A stretch of DNA of 64,000 nt from Hypanus sabinus (lineage: Eukaryota), in NCBI RefSeq assembly GCF_030144855.1, contig NC_082706.1:20584001-20648000 (forward strand). The letters run 5' to 3'. The notes beneath the pieces are model-generated. The model was not told the origin of the DNA, searched no databases, and was given only the letters and a program-made list of their open reading frames with translations. The translations under genes and the position numbers were made by a program. Of this stretch, positions 49,700 to 63,618 are shown in pieces. How positions within the stretch are numbered: the stretch's first letter is position 1; every line of letters starts with the position of its first letter.

Positions 49700-51630
49700 G
49701 TGGCCAACTATAATCAAGTGCTACATTATGTCATTTCTAAACAAGAAACAGTTCATCCTGACACATTTCAAATCATAGTCAGAGACTTCAGCCAGGCTTT
49801 TTTGAAGAAAAACCTGCCCAGCTACCATCAGCATATAACCTGTAGCATTCGAGCTGTCAGCACACTAGACCACTGTTATACTAAGGATAAGGAATGCCTA
49901 CCATTCCATAACCAGACCATATTTCAGTAAATCTGATTATTTGGCTGTCCTTCACATGCCTGCATACAGGCAGAGGCTAAAGAACAAAGCTCCATAGATT
50001 AGGACAATAAAGAGGTGGTTGCAGGAGGCAGAGGAGTGGCTGCAGGATTGCTTCAGGTCAGTAGGTTGGGATGAAGGACTCATCAATGAATACACCATGG
50101 TTGTCACAGACTATATCAAAACAGTTGTAAACAAGAGAGTCCCCACAAAATCATTAAGTCTTCCCCAAACAGAAGCTCTGGATAAACCACGAGATCTGTA
50201 ATCTTCTGAGGGCAAGATCAGAGGCATTCAAGCCTGGTGTCCAATAAAGTTACAGAAGGTCCAGGTACAATCTCCAGAAAGCCCTCTCACAAAAGAGGCA
50301 ATTCCAGACTAAACTTTAATCAATGAAGGATATTCAACAGTTGTGGCAGGACTTGAATACTATCACCTCTTATGAAGTTAAATCGAGCAATATAAGTGAC
50401 AGCAGGGCTTCACTTCCAAATGAGCTCAAATGCCCGCTATGTTGACTTTGACTGTCAAAACATAGAGGAAGCATCGCAGACTCACGCAGCCGCCGATAAT
50501 TCTGTGATCTTAGTTTCTGAGGCTGGCATGCAGCCCTCAGGAGGGTGAAACCATGAAAAGATGTTGTACCTGGCCAGGTACTAAAGACCCATGCTGATCA
50601 ACTGGCTGGAGTGTTCACTGAGATCTTTAACCTCTCGCTTCAGCAGACTGAGGTACCCACTTGTTTCAAGCTGACTTCACTTATACCAGTGCCTAAGAAG
50701 AACATGCTAGCCTTCCTCGATTCAGTAGCACTTAAATCCACAGCGATTAAGTGTTTTGAGATTTTGATGATGAAACATATCAACTCCTGCCCGAGAAGTG
50801 ACTTGGATCCATTTCAATTTGCCTACTGGAGCAACAGGTCCCCAGCAGATGCCATCTTATTGGCTTCTCACTCAACCTTGGAACATCTGGACAACAAAGA
50901 TGCACACATCAGGATGCTCTTTATCGACTACAGCTCAGCATTCAGTACCATCATCCCCTCAAAACTCATCACTAAGCTTTAAGACCATGGCCTCAATACC
51001 TACTTGGATCCTCCATTTCTTCATTTTGGATTGACACAAAATCTCCTCCACAATTTCTACTAGCATGCTTGCACCACAGGGCTGTGTGCTTAGCCTTCTG
51101 CTCTACTTGCATTACACTTAATGACTGTGTGGCTAAGCACAGCTCTAACATCATATCCAGGTTTGCCAGCAACAGCATTATCTTAGGCTGAATCAAAGGT
51201 GGTGATGAATCAGCATATAGAAGGGAGATTGAAAATCTGGCGAGAGATGTCACAGCAATGACTTCTTGCTCTTATCAGTGGGACCATGGAGTTAATTGTT
51301 GACTTCAAGAGAAGGACAGCATAGGTTCTTGAGCCAGTCCTCATCAGAGGATTAGAGGTGACGAAAGTAAGCAAATTTAAATTCTTAATGTTGTCATTTC
51401 AGAGGATCTATTTTGTGCTCAGCACGTAAGTACAATACCTAAGAAAGCAAGGCAGCAGCTCTATTTCCTTAGGAGTTTATGTAGATTCAGCATAACAACT
51501 ACTGTACGACTTTGTCAAACATCTATAGATGTGTGGTGGAGAGTATATTGACCTGTTGAATCCTGTAGAAAGAAATGGACACGGCCCAGTCCATCATGGG
51601 TAAAGCCTTCTTCCACCATTGAGCACATTG
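49700..51630 (+). mobile_element. Rex1/Babar LINE (EN end plus RT), decayed
   Basis: 'RDFSQAFLKKNLPSYHQHITCSIR..TLDHCY', '[20 protein letters not shown]', 'LDPFQFAY', '[16 protein letters not shown]'. Confidence 0.92.
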
Positions 51631-53250
51631 AACTCGACTCGAGTGACCGCACGACTCACATTACATTCTGCCTCAGTTCACCAGCTCCTGAAAACAAATC
51701 CAATGTTTTTCTAACCTCTATATTTGACTCTGCTGTTGCAATCCCAACTCTCTCCTTACTCTACCCTCTGCAAACGTGACATTCTGCATGATAACTGTTG
51801 TCCACATCTGATATTTCATATTCCAATCATCCAGCACTTCGCTTCTCACTGGCTCAAGTAAAACAACGTTTAGAAATTCATATCTTTTAAATTCAAATTA
51901 AATTTAAATTCCAATGCCTCACCCTGAAAGTTGTGCCACACTTTGAATAGTTTTATTTGTAAAATATGCATAAAATGAATGTTTAGAATGAAAATCAAGA
52001 AATCATATGCTTTTGATTTTATTTACTTAGTTGAAGGGTTTAATGAAATACAACACAGTACAACAAAGAAAGTCTTTCCCATTTCACAAACTTCTAGCTG
52101 TATCCAATTCCAGTTAGGTGGCAGTAAAGGCTATGTGCGTGGAAGCATTTCAGTTATTGCACCCATATAGCTGACAGGGAACAGTGCACCTCACTATTAA
52201 GTCACTATTTTTTTTAATTTCTGCTTTAAAATTCTACTTCTTTACCACTCTTTCCTCAATGAGAATGTTCTTTAAAATGAACCTGGTTGACTAAGCTTCT
52301 GGACTTCTGTCAGAATATCACCTCATGTTGCTCGCTGCCTTGCAAAGGTATGAGCTAAAAGAACAAAAGTTGAAGATGTGACCTGACAGAAATCCTCAGG
52401 ATTTCTGAGGATTTAATGACATAAAATATATTTGCACTTATGAAGGAGCTTGAAATATGACATTGTCATTAATAAATCCAACAGGGAAATCAAGTGAAAA
52501 ATTTTTATCTAGAAAATACTTTGCAGAGGCATGTGAAGGAACTTCAATGAAACTTTTTTTTGAAGGGAAGATTATGCAGACCTATGACACAAGAAGTACA
52601 ACAGATGCTGGAAATATTGAGCAAAAGTGCTACAGGAACTCAGCAACTTTGACAAAGTTCTATAGATGTGTACTGGAGAGATCTATAGATGTGTATTATA
52701 TTGACAGGCTGCATCTCAACCTTGTATGGAAACATCAATGCCCTTGAATGGAAGGTCCCAGTGGATATAGCCCAGACCATCATGGATAAAGCCTTCCCCA
52801 CCATTCACCACATCTTCATAAAAAATTGTTTCAGGAAAGCAGCATCCATCATGTCAGACTCCCACCACCCGGGACATGCTCTCTTCTCGCTACTGAGATC
52901 AGGAAGTAGGTACAGAAGACTTAGGACTTTCTCCACCAGGTTCAGGAACAGCTACTACCCCTCAACCATCAGGCTGTAGAACCAAAGGGAATAGCCACGC
53001 AGCTTCACTTGCCCCATCATTGTAATGTTCCCACAATCTATGGAATCACTTTCAAGGATTCTTCATCTCATGTTCTCGATATTTATAGTTTATTTGTTAT
53101 CATTATTTCTTTCTTTATGTATTTGCACAGTTTGCTGTCTTTTGCACATTGGTTGGATGCCCAAGTTGGTGTAGTCTTTCATTGATTCTATTTTGGTTAT
53201 TAATTTATTATAGATTACTGAATATGCTCACAAGAAAATGAATCTCAGGG
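51631..53250 (+). repeat. Local duplication, copy 2 (includes Rex1 3' end ~52640-53300)
   Basis: Collinear with 27362-29930 minus the solo LTR. Confidence 0.85.
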
Positions 53251-53878
53251 TTGTATATGGTGATATATCTATTTTGATAATAAATTCACTTTTAACTTTG
53301 AAGATGAAGTCCTTATCTTAAATGAAGCTACACAGGTATAAAGAATGAATTAGCTGTGACAGATGGGGCAATTTAGCTGATAATGGACAGGCAATGGTTA
53401 TCACTTAAGGAACGAATGATAGAAATATGCTATACTTTCTATTCCAGCACAGAAACACCAAAGGAAAAGTAACCCAATCATTATTAATATAAGTGAAAAA
53501 AATATTAGATCAAAAGGGACTCATATAAGAATCACCAGAGAAAATATCAAACCTTAGAATTCAGCAGCAAAGAACCACAGAGATGGAATATGAAAGTGAA
53601 AATCGAGTACAAGATTACACTTTCAAGTATGTGAGTAAGTTTTCAATGTACAAAGAATTAGACTATGTCAAAAGAATGAATACTGAAGGCAATATGTGGG
53701 TCCCTATGGATAAAAACAGGAGAATTTCTCTCTGGAAACAAAGTGCAGAGCAAATAATCAAACCCTTTGGTTCTGTCTTCTTGGAAAAGGACACATATAA
53801 CTTCCTACGCTTGGTAGAAACCCAATAGTTTAATGAAAAGAAGGAATTAAAGGAAAATCAGCTTCTGTCAATCAGAGA

Positions 53879-54064
53879 AACACACACAAAATGCATGAGG
53901 ATCTCAGCAAGTCAGGCAGCATCTATGAAAAAAAAAGGACAGCCGACGCTTTGAAATGTGGACTGGACGTTTTTTCCATAGATGCTGGCTGGCCTGCTTA
54001 GTCCCTTCAGCGTTTTGTGTGTGTTGCTTGGATTTCCAGCATCTGCTGATTTTTTTGTTTGTGA
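53879..54064. mobile_element. Penelope-derived fold-back mini-element
   Basis: Inverted arms centred on 'gacgctttgaaatgtggac' (~53950); TSD not clear. Confidence 0.75.
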
Positions 54065-54706
54065 ATCAAAATCAGGTTTAATATCACTGATGTGCAAATA
54101 CAGAGCAAAATTAGAGAAATAGTGTTCATAGGTTGATTCATTGTTCAGTCAGAAATTTCATGGCTAAGGGGAAGAAGCTGTTCATAAAATGTTGAATGTG
54201 TGTCTTCACATTCCTGTATCCCTTCCCTGATGGTAGAGTGATGGGGTCCTTAATGATGGAAGCCACCTTTTTGAGGCATCACCTTTTGAAGATGTCCTCA
54301 ATGCTGGGGAAGTTGGTGCCCATGATGGACAAATTAATCAGTTTCAAAGCCCATCAATCTCCAGAGCCTGATTATCTACATCCCAAAGTACTAAGCAAGG
54401 AACTCATGAAATAATGGATACATTCATGGTCATCTTCCAAAATTCTACAGAAAATGGATAATCCCTGCAGACTGGACAATGGTTAATGCAACCTCGTCTT
54501 TACAAAAGGAGGGAGTGGAAATGATAGCCTTGTATTAGTGGTAGGGAAATCCTTAGAATCTGTTATAAAAGGATGTGATAATAGGATACTTCAAAGTTAA
54601 CAAGAGGATTAGAAAATGTCAACATGAATTTATGGAAGATAAATTATGTTTGATAAATATTTTTAGAGTTTTTGAAGATGTAATTCGTAGAATAGATAAA
54701 GGAAGT

Positions 54707-55052
54707 ACACTCAGTGGCCACCTTATTGGGTATACCTGTAGTTCTATTCAATAACGCAAAAAATAGATTCAGCCAATCATGTGTCAGCGATTCAATGCAT
54801 AAAAGCATGCAGAGATAGTCAAGAGGTTCAATTGTTGTTCAGACTCAGCATCAGAATGGGGAAGAATTGCAATCTAAGGAATGTTAGTTGGTGTCAGATG
54901 GTAAGGTGCTCAGAATCTGCTGATATCTGATTTTCACAGAGAATGAGTTAAAAAAAATACAAACGTGCAGTGAGTGGTAGTTCTGTGGGCGGAAAATGAG
55001 AGAAGTCAGAGGAGAATGGCCAGACGGGTTCAAGCTGACAGGAAGGTGACAG
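54707..55052 (+). mobile_element. Tc1-like fragment
   Basis: Starts 'tacactcagtggccaccttatt'. Confidence 0.7.
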
Positions 55053-55277
55053 TACGAGGGGTGATTGATAAGTTCGTGGACTAAGGTGAACGGAGTCAAT
55101 TTTAGAAAACCTAGCGCATTTATTTTTCAACAGAGTCCCCTCCTACATTTATACACTTAGACCAGTGGTCGTGGAGCATACGGATCTTGGACCTCCAGAA
55201 AGTGTCCACAGCTGGGGTGATTGATAAGTTTGTGGCCCACGGTAGAAGGAGATGAGTTATACAGCTCTCGTTACATG
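55052..55277 (+). mobile_element. Mariner-like MITE inserted at a TA of the Tc1-like copy
   Basis: 'tacgaggggtgattgataagttcgtgg' terminus. Confidence 0.7.
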
Positions 55278-57789
55278 TGAGGTTGTGCCCTCAGATCCTA
55301 GACTCCCCCACTATTGGAAACATCTTCTCCACATCCACTCTAGCTAGGCCTTTCAACAGTCAAAAGGTTTCAATGAGATTCCCCATCATTCTTCTAAATT
55401 CTTGCATATGAAAAGGTATTGTGCAGAAAGAGAAAAACAGAGGACAGGCAGATGGTGTGAATGGAGGGAGAAACCATATGGGACTGGGGCAAGGTGGGTA
55501 ATGAAGGAGAAGGGAGTGTGGAAATTGCATAGATGAGGGAATGCACTCAAATTAAATCTTCATCAATGTTATTCAGCAGGGATCAATCAAGTATGCATTA
55601 GACATTGCACAATCCGGTGTAACAGCTGTACATCCTTTTCTTTAGCATTTGGACTTCTATTTACACAGTTTCTTCTGAAGTAATTAACCGGAAAAATCAC
55701 TATGTAGACAAACATCGGTTCCCTTTTGTTCACACAGGTGGCTACTATTGCGTTTTGAAATTCCCCAACACCCTTCATCAGAGGCGACAGTAGCTTCAAT
55801 TGCATGTTGAACAGCCAAATTCTCTCAAGCAGTCACACCTGTGCCAAGATAAGGAGGGATCAGCATAGATCACGATGGATCTCCAGCACGTGGGTGCTTT
55901 TCTGTGACGTCCACAGAAGACTTGGAACACAAAGTTGTCTAATTTTGCTTTGTTGTTGCTGCTGCTTGTCTTGTTCTGTGGAACGTCGTGGGCATGCTAT
56001 ATTTGCGCCAGGATGTGTTGCAACACTTGTGGACTGCCGCCAGCACATCCTTAGGTTGTGTTGTTTGCTAACGGAAACAAGACATGCAACCACATCTTTT
56101 GATGCACACGTGATAATTAAATCTGGATCTGATTCTGATATTGCTATAACCGACAAATAACCAAAACAAATTTCTTTCAAGTCATGAGAATCGCAGAAAA
56201 TAACACGGCTTTGTACTATAAATAGATTCACCCTCTTTTAGTTCTTTATAGTTTATGCAATGCAACAGGGATTTAACATTTCAGTTGACCTGAATCGTAA
56301 GTGAACTTAAAGTTCCTGGAGTGTTATCAGATGACGAGTGAAAGCTCAGTTAGCATCATCAGAACATCAATACCTTAAGAATAAGAAGCCAAGATGTCAA
56401 TGTCAGTTCGAAGGTTACATAATTCATTCTATTATTAATTTGTAGTAACTTCAAACTGCTTTGATTCTTTTTCATTCCTACACAGCCGTTTTTTAAATTT
56501 ATTTCCCCCTCTGTTGGGCAGAAATATACTGCCTCCTAAAGCTTTTCCTAAAATCATTGATATAGCAATGTGGCTCCACGTGTCCAGTCTAATGCCTGAT
56601 ATTTGTTTAGGGAATAGCCAGAACGGACAGGGCAAGGACTGGAATTGAATTTGGATTGTTACTGTCACATGTCTGAAAATAGAGTGAAATGCTTGTCTTG
56701 CATACTGTCCGTACACATCAAATCATTAGACTATGCATTGAGGGAGAACAAGGTAAAACAATAACAAAGTATTACAGCCACAGAGAATGTATAGTGCAGA
56801 TAAACAATAAAGTGCAAGATCATAAAGAGGTAGCTCGCAAGGTAAGAAGATTGTACTAGAGATGCAGCCAGTAGACATAAACATCATCTTTTAAGCAGCA
56901 AAATGAGATGCTGTTGCGGGGAGGTGGGAGAAGACTGTTTGACCCAATATTTCATGACATTTAATATGCTAAAGATCAAAGGACAATTCGCTATTACAAT
57001 GTATCCTCAATGCATCCTTTGAATTACATATAATTTTCAAACCTCCTTCGCACCCACACTCCAGACACACAAAATGAATGTTGATTAGCATTGTCTGGTT
57101 TTTCAATTAATTGCTGTCCACAACTCCAGGAAATTATTGTCCCGGACTGCATTTTAAATTCAATCTACAATCCACATTCAGGTCTAAAGATTGGTTGCTG
57201 AAGTTAGTTACTGAAGTTTATATTTACTAATATACCCTAATTACAGAATATGCCTGAGCACTAGGGAACTAGTTAATAGTTTTAAAGCAGCAGGAAAGAA
57301 GCTGTCCTTGAGCATGGTGTTATGTGCCTTCATATCTTCTGCCTGATGGAAGATGGGAAAATATGTGCCCACCCAGTATCACAATGATTAATGTTATACA
57401 TCTTAAACTATTTTTCATGAAATACCTGAAACTAATACAACAAAACCCATTATTTCTATAATATATTGCATGTCCTAGTTCTTTAGTGTTGAAGAAAGAC
57501 TTGTAGTTCCACGGTGCCTTTTACTGTTTTAGGCAGTCCCAGAGCACTTCACAGTTAATGAAAAACTTCCTGCAGTATAGTCAGTGCTGTAATGCACTCT
57601 GAACTATGGCAGCTAATTTGTGCACAGTAAACCTTCTATGATTGGAGATCATACCCGAATTCTGAATTTAGTACAGTCAATTAAGAGTCAAATATTGGAT
57701 AGGGGATGATTTACTTACCCTTGCAAAAGTATCAATGGCACTTCTTATAAGTGTGTGATAGAGATCCTGGATCCTAGCTTAAAATTGAA

Positions 57790-58520
57790 GAGAGAGTCAA
57801 GTTTATTGTCAACCACACAAGAACATACATACAAAGGTCACCGAAAAATTTACTTGCTGCAGCATTGTTGACACATAGCATCAGAGACATACTATTCACA
57901 TGAACAACATAAATGGAACCACACTATATACTGTAAGAATGAAACAAAATAAAGTCCATTGTGGGGCAAAGCAACCATCGTGTTGCTATACTGACATAGT
58001 GATTAGGGTTGTGCAGTTGATTCAAGAAGCAAATGGTTAAAGAAAAGGAGCTGTTCTTAAACGTGGTGGTGTGGGACTTCATATTTCTGTAGCTCTTGCC
58101 TATTGGTAGCCAAGAGAAGATGGCATGGCCTGGATGTTGGGTATCTCCAATAATGAATATTGCCTTCTTAAGACAATGCATCACGTAGATACTACCAATG
58201 GTGGGGAGGAATGTGCCTGTGATGTATTGGGCATTAAGGTAGGGGTTCCCAAAATTTTTATGTCATGGACCAATACAATTAAGCAAGGGGTCCACGGACG
58301 GCAGTTTGGGAACCCCTGCCTTATAGCTTCTTATGTTCCTGCGTATTCAAAGACCACGATGAAACAAGTCAGATATTGCCTTTTTGAGTCAGTGCAGCCT
58401 ATGAGTTTAAACCATCATAACATGCCATGATGCAAACAATCAGAATACTTTCAACAGTGTACTGTCGCTGTGGAAATTGGTGAGAGAGCTCAGTAACATG
58501 TCAGACTTTCTTACCCTTCT
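57790..58520 (-). mobile_element. Rex1/Babar 3' part
   Basis: 'CLKKAIFIIGDTQHPGHAIFSWLPIGKSYRNMKSHTTTFKNS'. Confidence 0.8.
58240..58318. mobile_element. hAT-type MITE
   Basis: TIRs taggggttcccaaa / tttgggaacccctg. Confidence 0.7.
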
Positions 58521-58544
58521 ATCTATCTATCTATCCATCTATCA

Positions 58545-58790
58545 TGAAACAGGCCCTTTCAGCCCTTTGAACCACATTGCCCCAGTGACCTAATCACAGG
58601 ACAATTTACAATGACAAATTAACCTACTCGATAAGTCTTTGGACTGCGGGAGGAAACTGGAGAAAACCCACATATTCCACAGGGAGGACTTACAGAGATC
58701 CTTACATATAGTGCTGGAACTGAACTCTGAACACAGGAATGCTCCAAGCTATAATACAGTTGCACTAACTTCTATGCTACCATAGTGCTC
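58545..58790 (-). mobile_element. V-domain SINE with (TAGA)n tail (~58520-58543)
   Basis: 'ggacaatttacaatgac..gtctttggactgcgggaggaaactgg'. Confidence 0.75.
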
Positions 58791-60889
58791 CATAGTACTT
58801 TACTATGAAAGTAAAAATGCTGGCACCACTTTCTTGTGATTAGCTCTAGCTGCTAGTTTAATATTTCATCTAGAGATCAATGCCTGGACCAATGCAGCAT
58901 TCTAGTGGTACTGCAGTAGAATGTGGACTTTGATGTCCAAGCATGAAACCATTCTTATCCTGGTTTACCTGTTTTTTTTAAAATCTTTAGTACACAATTC
59001 ATCTTCAGAAGTCTTGGAATTGGTTGCCCTTTATTTGATAAATTGGTGACATGTAACTAAGTTTTCAAATGCTGTGGCCTCTCTCACGAGGCAACACAAT
59101 AATGCTGCAGGCAGTGCCACAACTCAAGCAATCCTAGTTCGATACCCACCTCTGCTGCTATTTGTGTGCATTTAACAGCATGAGTTGGTGCTCTTTTTTC
59201 AAGGATCAAGAATATACAGTACTTTTTGGAAAGTCCTCACATATCTCACAAGATATATTGGTTAGTAAACTAATTGACCGCTATAAATAACCTCCTGGTG
59301 TTCGTGGTTGGTTGACAACTCAGAGGGGAGTTGATGGGTATGTGTGAGAAAATAGATTAAAGCAAAATAATTGAGAGAATGCAATTGACGGCGTTGCTTC
59401 TGTGAGCTGGCATTGACTTGATGGGCCAACTGGACACTCTCTATGTCATAAGGAAATAGAATACCAGGCAATCTTTGTATACTAGAACTTCTACTGGATT
59501 AAAATTAAATAGGAAGGTCAATGAACTTGATTTAATTGAGACAGATCATATAAGAGTGTGGTACAACACACAAAGGGTGTCAGCTATTGAACGTTAGCCA
59601 AAAAGGATTACCAGAGGAACCGAAAATTTATGCATTAATGGATGATCTCAATACCGTACAAATGGTTAAGGTAACTCTTTCCCTTACTATTTTCTATCTG
59701 TTCTCATTTCCCAGTTATTTTATCATTTGTGTGTTTGTTAAATTGTAACTACAGATCCAATTTCCAGAAACTGTGTGTGCTGCTGCCAGCCTCATTCTCT
59801 TTACTATGGACGCTAATTTGTGGCTAGTTCAGTCCTATTTGGACAGTTGTTAGTGTAGATTATAATCAACACCCTCCCGATACATGGGAAGTGGGGGTGG
59901 GCCACAAATACAGAATAGGAAGCATTTGACACCAAACTTCCTTTATGAGACATTATTAGGCTCTGCTCAATAACACCTTGAACATGCATTTTGACATTTG
60001 CATTGCATAAACTTTTAACACAACACAATTATTCAACAAAATATACTTCTCCTTTCAACTTTAACAATAGTATTCACTTTTCAATCAGTGTGCAGTAGAA
60101 TGAACCTCCAGATCTAAGCAAGGCACCTCTCAGGCAGTGTGCCTTTTTCATTTTTGCTCTGCAATACCACTCCCATGTATGCAAAAACTTCACTTCTCTA
60201 GATATGCACAAACTCATCTGAACTGCTGGAGTCAGCCATGGCCTCTCTTCTCCCCTATTGTTAGCCCGGCATGTCAGTGGTGTTGTATGAATGTCTTCCA
60301 TGTTCTTTCCTACCAGCTCAGATCTGCTCATTGATCTGTTCTGCCTGTCCAAACTGCCTTGCATCAACTGCTCTGTACTACATAGCTGAAGGCAACATGA
60401 AACCTCAAGGGCTCCTGACTGCTGCGCTGAGAACTAATTATATGTACAACCTTCTGGGTATACTTTTACTTTTGCCATCGAGCAATGAAATCAAGTTGAT
60501 GGAGCACTATTTTTATTTTGATTTTGGAAGCCTCATTAAGGTTTTTCTTAATTTCAGAAATTTAATATTAATTCTTCTTCAAATAACACTTGGCCTTTGC
60601 CAGAAAGTGTTTAGACAATAGGGCTTACTAGGCTTCCTCTGCTCCCTGATGTAAAATTACAGAAGAATTTCAACAACCAAGCGTTTGTGTTGACTTCATG
60701 TTTTTGTCTGGTCGGTGGTAGTAACATTATCTTCAATCAGAAGGTCATGTTCAAGTCTCACTCCAAAGAGTTGACCTCAAAATGTGAAGGCCACACTGAT
60801 GGAATCTTCCACTGTCAGCTGCTGTCTTTCAAATAAGGCGTTACTCTGCAACTCCGTTCACACTCTCGTAGAAGAAGAATCACAATCTG

Positions 60890-61520
60890 GTTTACCATCA
60901 CTGATGCATTTCATGAAATGTGTTGTTTTGCAGCAGCAGTACTGTGCACTGCATTTTAAAAATTACTATGTTACAATAAAAAAAATGAAAATTTAAATAT
61001 GCTGTGCAAAAGTGAGGTAGTATTCATGGATACTACCAAGGTCCATCCATAAATCTGATAGTGCTGGGGAAGAAGCGGTTTCCAAATCACTGAGTGTATG
61101 TTTTGGGCTCCTGTACCTCTTCCCTGATAGTAGTAATAAGAAGAGTGATGACCTGAAAGGTAGGCGTCCTTAATGATGGATGTACTTTCCTGAGGGATTG
61201 ACTTTCGAAGATGGCCTCGATAGTGGGGAGGCCAATGCCCATGATGGTGACAACCTTCTGCAGCTTTTTCCAATATGGTCCATTGGCCTTTCCATACTAA
61301 GCAGTGATGCAGCCAGTCAGAATTCTCTTCTCAGTACATCAGCAGAAATTTTCTAGGGTCTTTGGTGACATACAACATCTCCTCAAACTCTTAATCTCTT
61401 AATGAAGTATACCTGCCTACTTCATAATTGCATCTATATGTTGAACCCTGGATGGATCCTCGAGATGTTCATGTCCAGGAACATGAAGGTGTTCATCTTT
61501 TCTATGGCTGACCATGAAAA
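60890..61520 (-). mobile_element. Rex1/Babar 3' part, decayed
   Basis: Reverse complement resembles 42115-42470 and 52640-53000. Confidence 0.7.
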
Positions 61521-61721
61521 TAGGACTGGTGTGTGCGTTTTTGCTGAACTCCACAGCAACGGCACTACTTGTTCATTCTCTATGTTGTACTCAACATAAG
61601 CAAATTAAATTCTGGTTAAAAAAATAACAAACTGCTGGAAGAACACGAGAGGTCAGGCATCATCAGTGGAGGCAAGAGGACAGTCAATGTGTTGGTCAAG
61701 TCTCTTCATTTGGACTGAAAT

Positions 61722-62290
61722 TTGGCCTGTCCCCTAAAAACCTCACTAATTTTTTAGGTGCACCGTAGAAAGCATTCTTCTAGGGTGCATCACAACCTGG
61801 TATGGAAGTTGTCCTGTCCAAGACCAGAAAAAGCTGCAGAAGATCATGGACATAGCCCAGCACATCACACAAACCAATCTTCTATCCTTGGACTCACTTT
61901 ACACTGCACGCTGTCGGAGCAGTGCTGCCAGGATAATCAAGGACAAGACCCACCCAGCCAACACACATTTTGTCCCTCTACCATCCGGGAGAAGGTTCAG
62001 GAGCTTGAAGATTTGTACGGCCAGATTTGGGAACAGCTGCTTTCCAACTGTGATAAGACTACTGAACGGATCCTGACCCGGATCTGGGCCGTATCTTCCA
62101 AATATCCAGACCTGACTTGCACTACCTTACTTTCCCTTTTCTATTTTTCTAATTATGATTTATAATTTAATTTTTTTATTATATTTATTTCGATTTGTAC
62201 TTCAGGGAGCGCAAAGCGCAGAAACAAATATTGCTGTGATGATTGTATGCTCTAGTATCAATTGTTTGGTGACAATAAAGTAAAGTAAAG
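61722..62290 (+). mobile_element. Rex1/Babar 3' part inserted in a Penelope remnant (61620-61720, 62290-62830)
   Basis: 'ARIIKDKTHPANTHFVPLPSGRRFRSLKICTARFGNSCFPTVIRLLN'; (TAAAG)n tail; flanking PLE 'LPVANHFN..HKLVEQHLISQLG'. Confidence 0.85.
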
Positions 62291-62857
62291 TTAGAAGGGT
62301 GATAACTAGTGTAAGATGTAGGGGCAAAGGGCTAGAGAAAGAGCTGGCAAGCGATAGGTAGATCTTAGTGAGGAGGAATGATAGACAGATAGAGGAGGGA
62401 ATGGTGGAAATAGTGAGGGAGAAAGGAAGGGTATCCAGCAGGAGGGGATGGGTGATGGGAAGATAGAGGAATGAAAGAAGATGATGGGGAGTGGCTGACG
62501 TGGACTGCAAGAAGGAGGAACTTCTAGAGGAAGAGGAGTGGGAGAAGGGGAGCAGCTCAGAAGAAGCTGGAGAATTTCATTGATAACACTGTCAGGTTTT
62601 AGATACCCAGTTGGGATATGAGGTGCTGTTCTACTAGTTTGTGTATAGCCTCACCCTGGAAGTAGAAGAAGCTGCGGACAGAGAAGCTGGCATGGGAATA
62701 GACAGGGAAGTTGAAGTGATTAGCAACTGGGAGCTCCAGATTGCTATCTCCTTCCACAGATACTACCCGACCCATGAAGTACCTCCAGCAATTTGCCCCA
62801 TTTTCCAGCATCTGCAGAGTCTCTTATGTAACTAAATTCAGGCTGTTATCATCTTAA

Positions 62858-63618
62858 ACCTTCCGGTTTAAGATGGCTCTGCTGCAGCTCAGCAACTACT
62901 TGGCAGTGGCAAACAAAACAGGGAAAACTACTACTCTATTAATCACACTTTCTCTGGTAAACAATCACTGCAATCAATAGCCTGTAACTTCCCTTTCGCA
63001 GTTGATCTGTTGAACCGCCCGAACGACCTGGCGTTACTGCGGTGTGAACTGAAGTCTCGAAGGTTCAGGGTGGCTTGGCCAAGGCACGAGAGCAAGGAAT
63101 AAGCCAATGTCTGGCCTTTACTGGAGTAGAAAGAGGTCAGACAGAGTCGACATGAGCCCGGGTCCAAGAATGAGATTTGATTGATTCAAGCGCCAGGCTG
63201 AAATGGAAAGGTTGGGTATGAGCCAAATCGAAGCAGCAGGGCCCGGGTCCGAGAGTAAGGGATGACCTGCGGTTTGCCTGATTTAAGCACTGGGCCATAT
63301 TGAAACGGTTAGGGTGTCAGGGCCAGAGGAGAGGAACAGGTCGGTTCAGCTCAGTGTTCCACGAGGCTTACTTGTCTCTGTGCTGGTCTGAGGCTGTGGA
63401 TTGCAAATGATGGGCTCTTGGATTGGCTGTGACTGTCCTCACTTTCGTGAACTTCAACTCTGAATACTATTTGCTTACTTTTATTGTTTGCATGATTTGT
63501 TTATTTTTCTGCACATTGGGGTTTGACAGTCTTCTTTTTTTAATGGTTTCCTTTGGGTTTCTGAAAGTTGTAAACAGTATACTGATAGTAAATGTACTTT
63601 GGACTTTATGAACTTGAA
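62858..63618 (+). mobile_element. Non-coding element with Rex1-type tail
   Basis: Starts 'cttccggttaagatggc', ends 'aaatgtactttggactttatgaacttgaa'. Confidence 0.55.

Noticed and set aside
55720-55810. Acceptor-like 'cccttttgttcacacag' followed by GYYCVLKF
   Set aside because: Frames close quickly, no donor site or homology recognised
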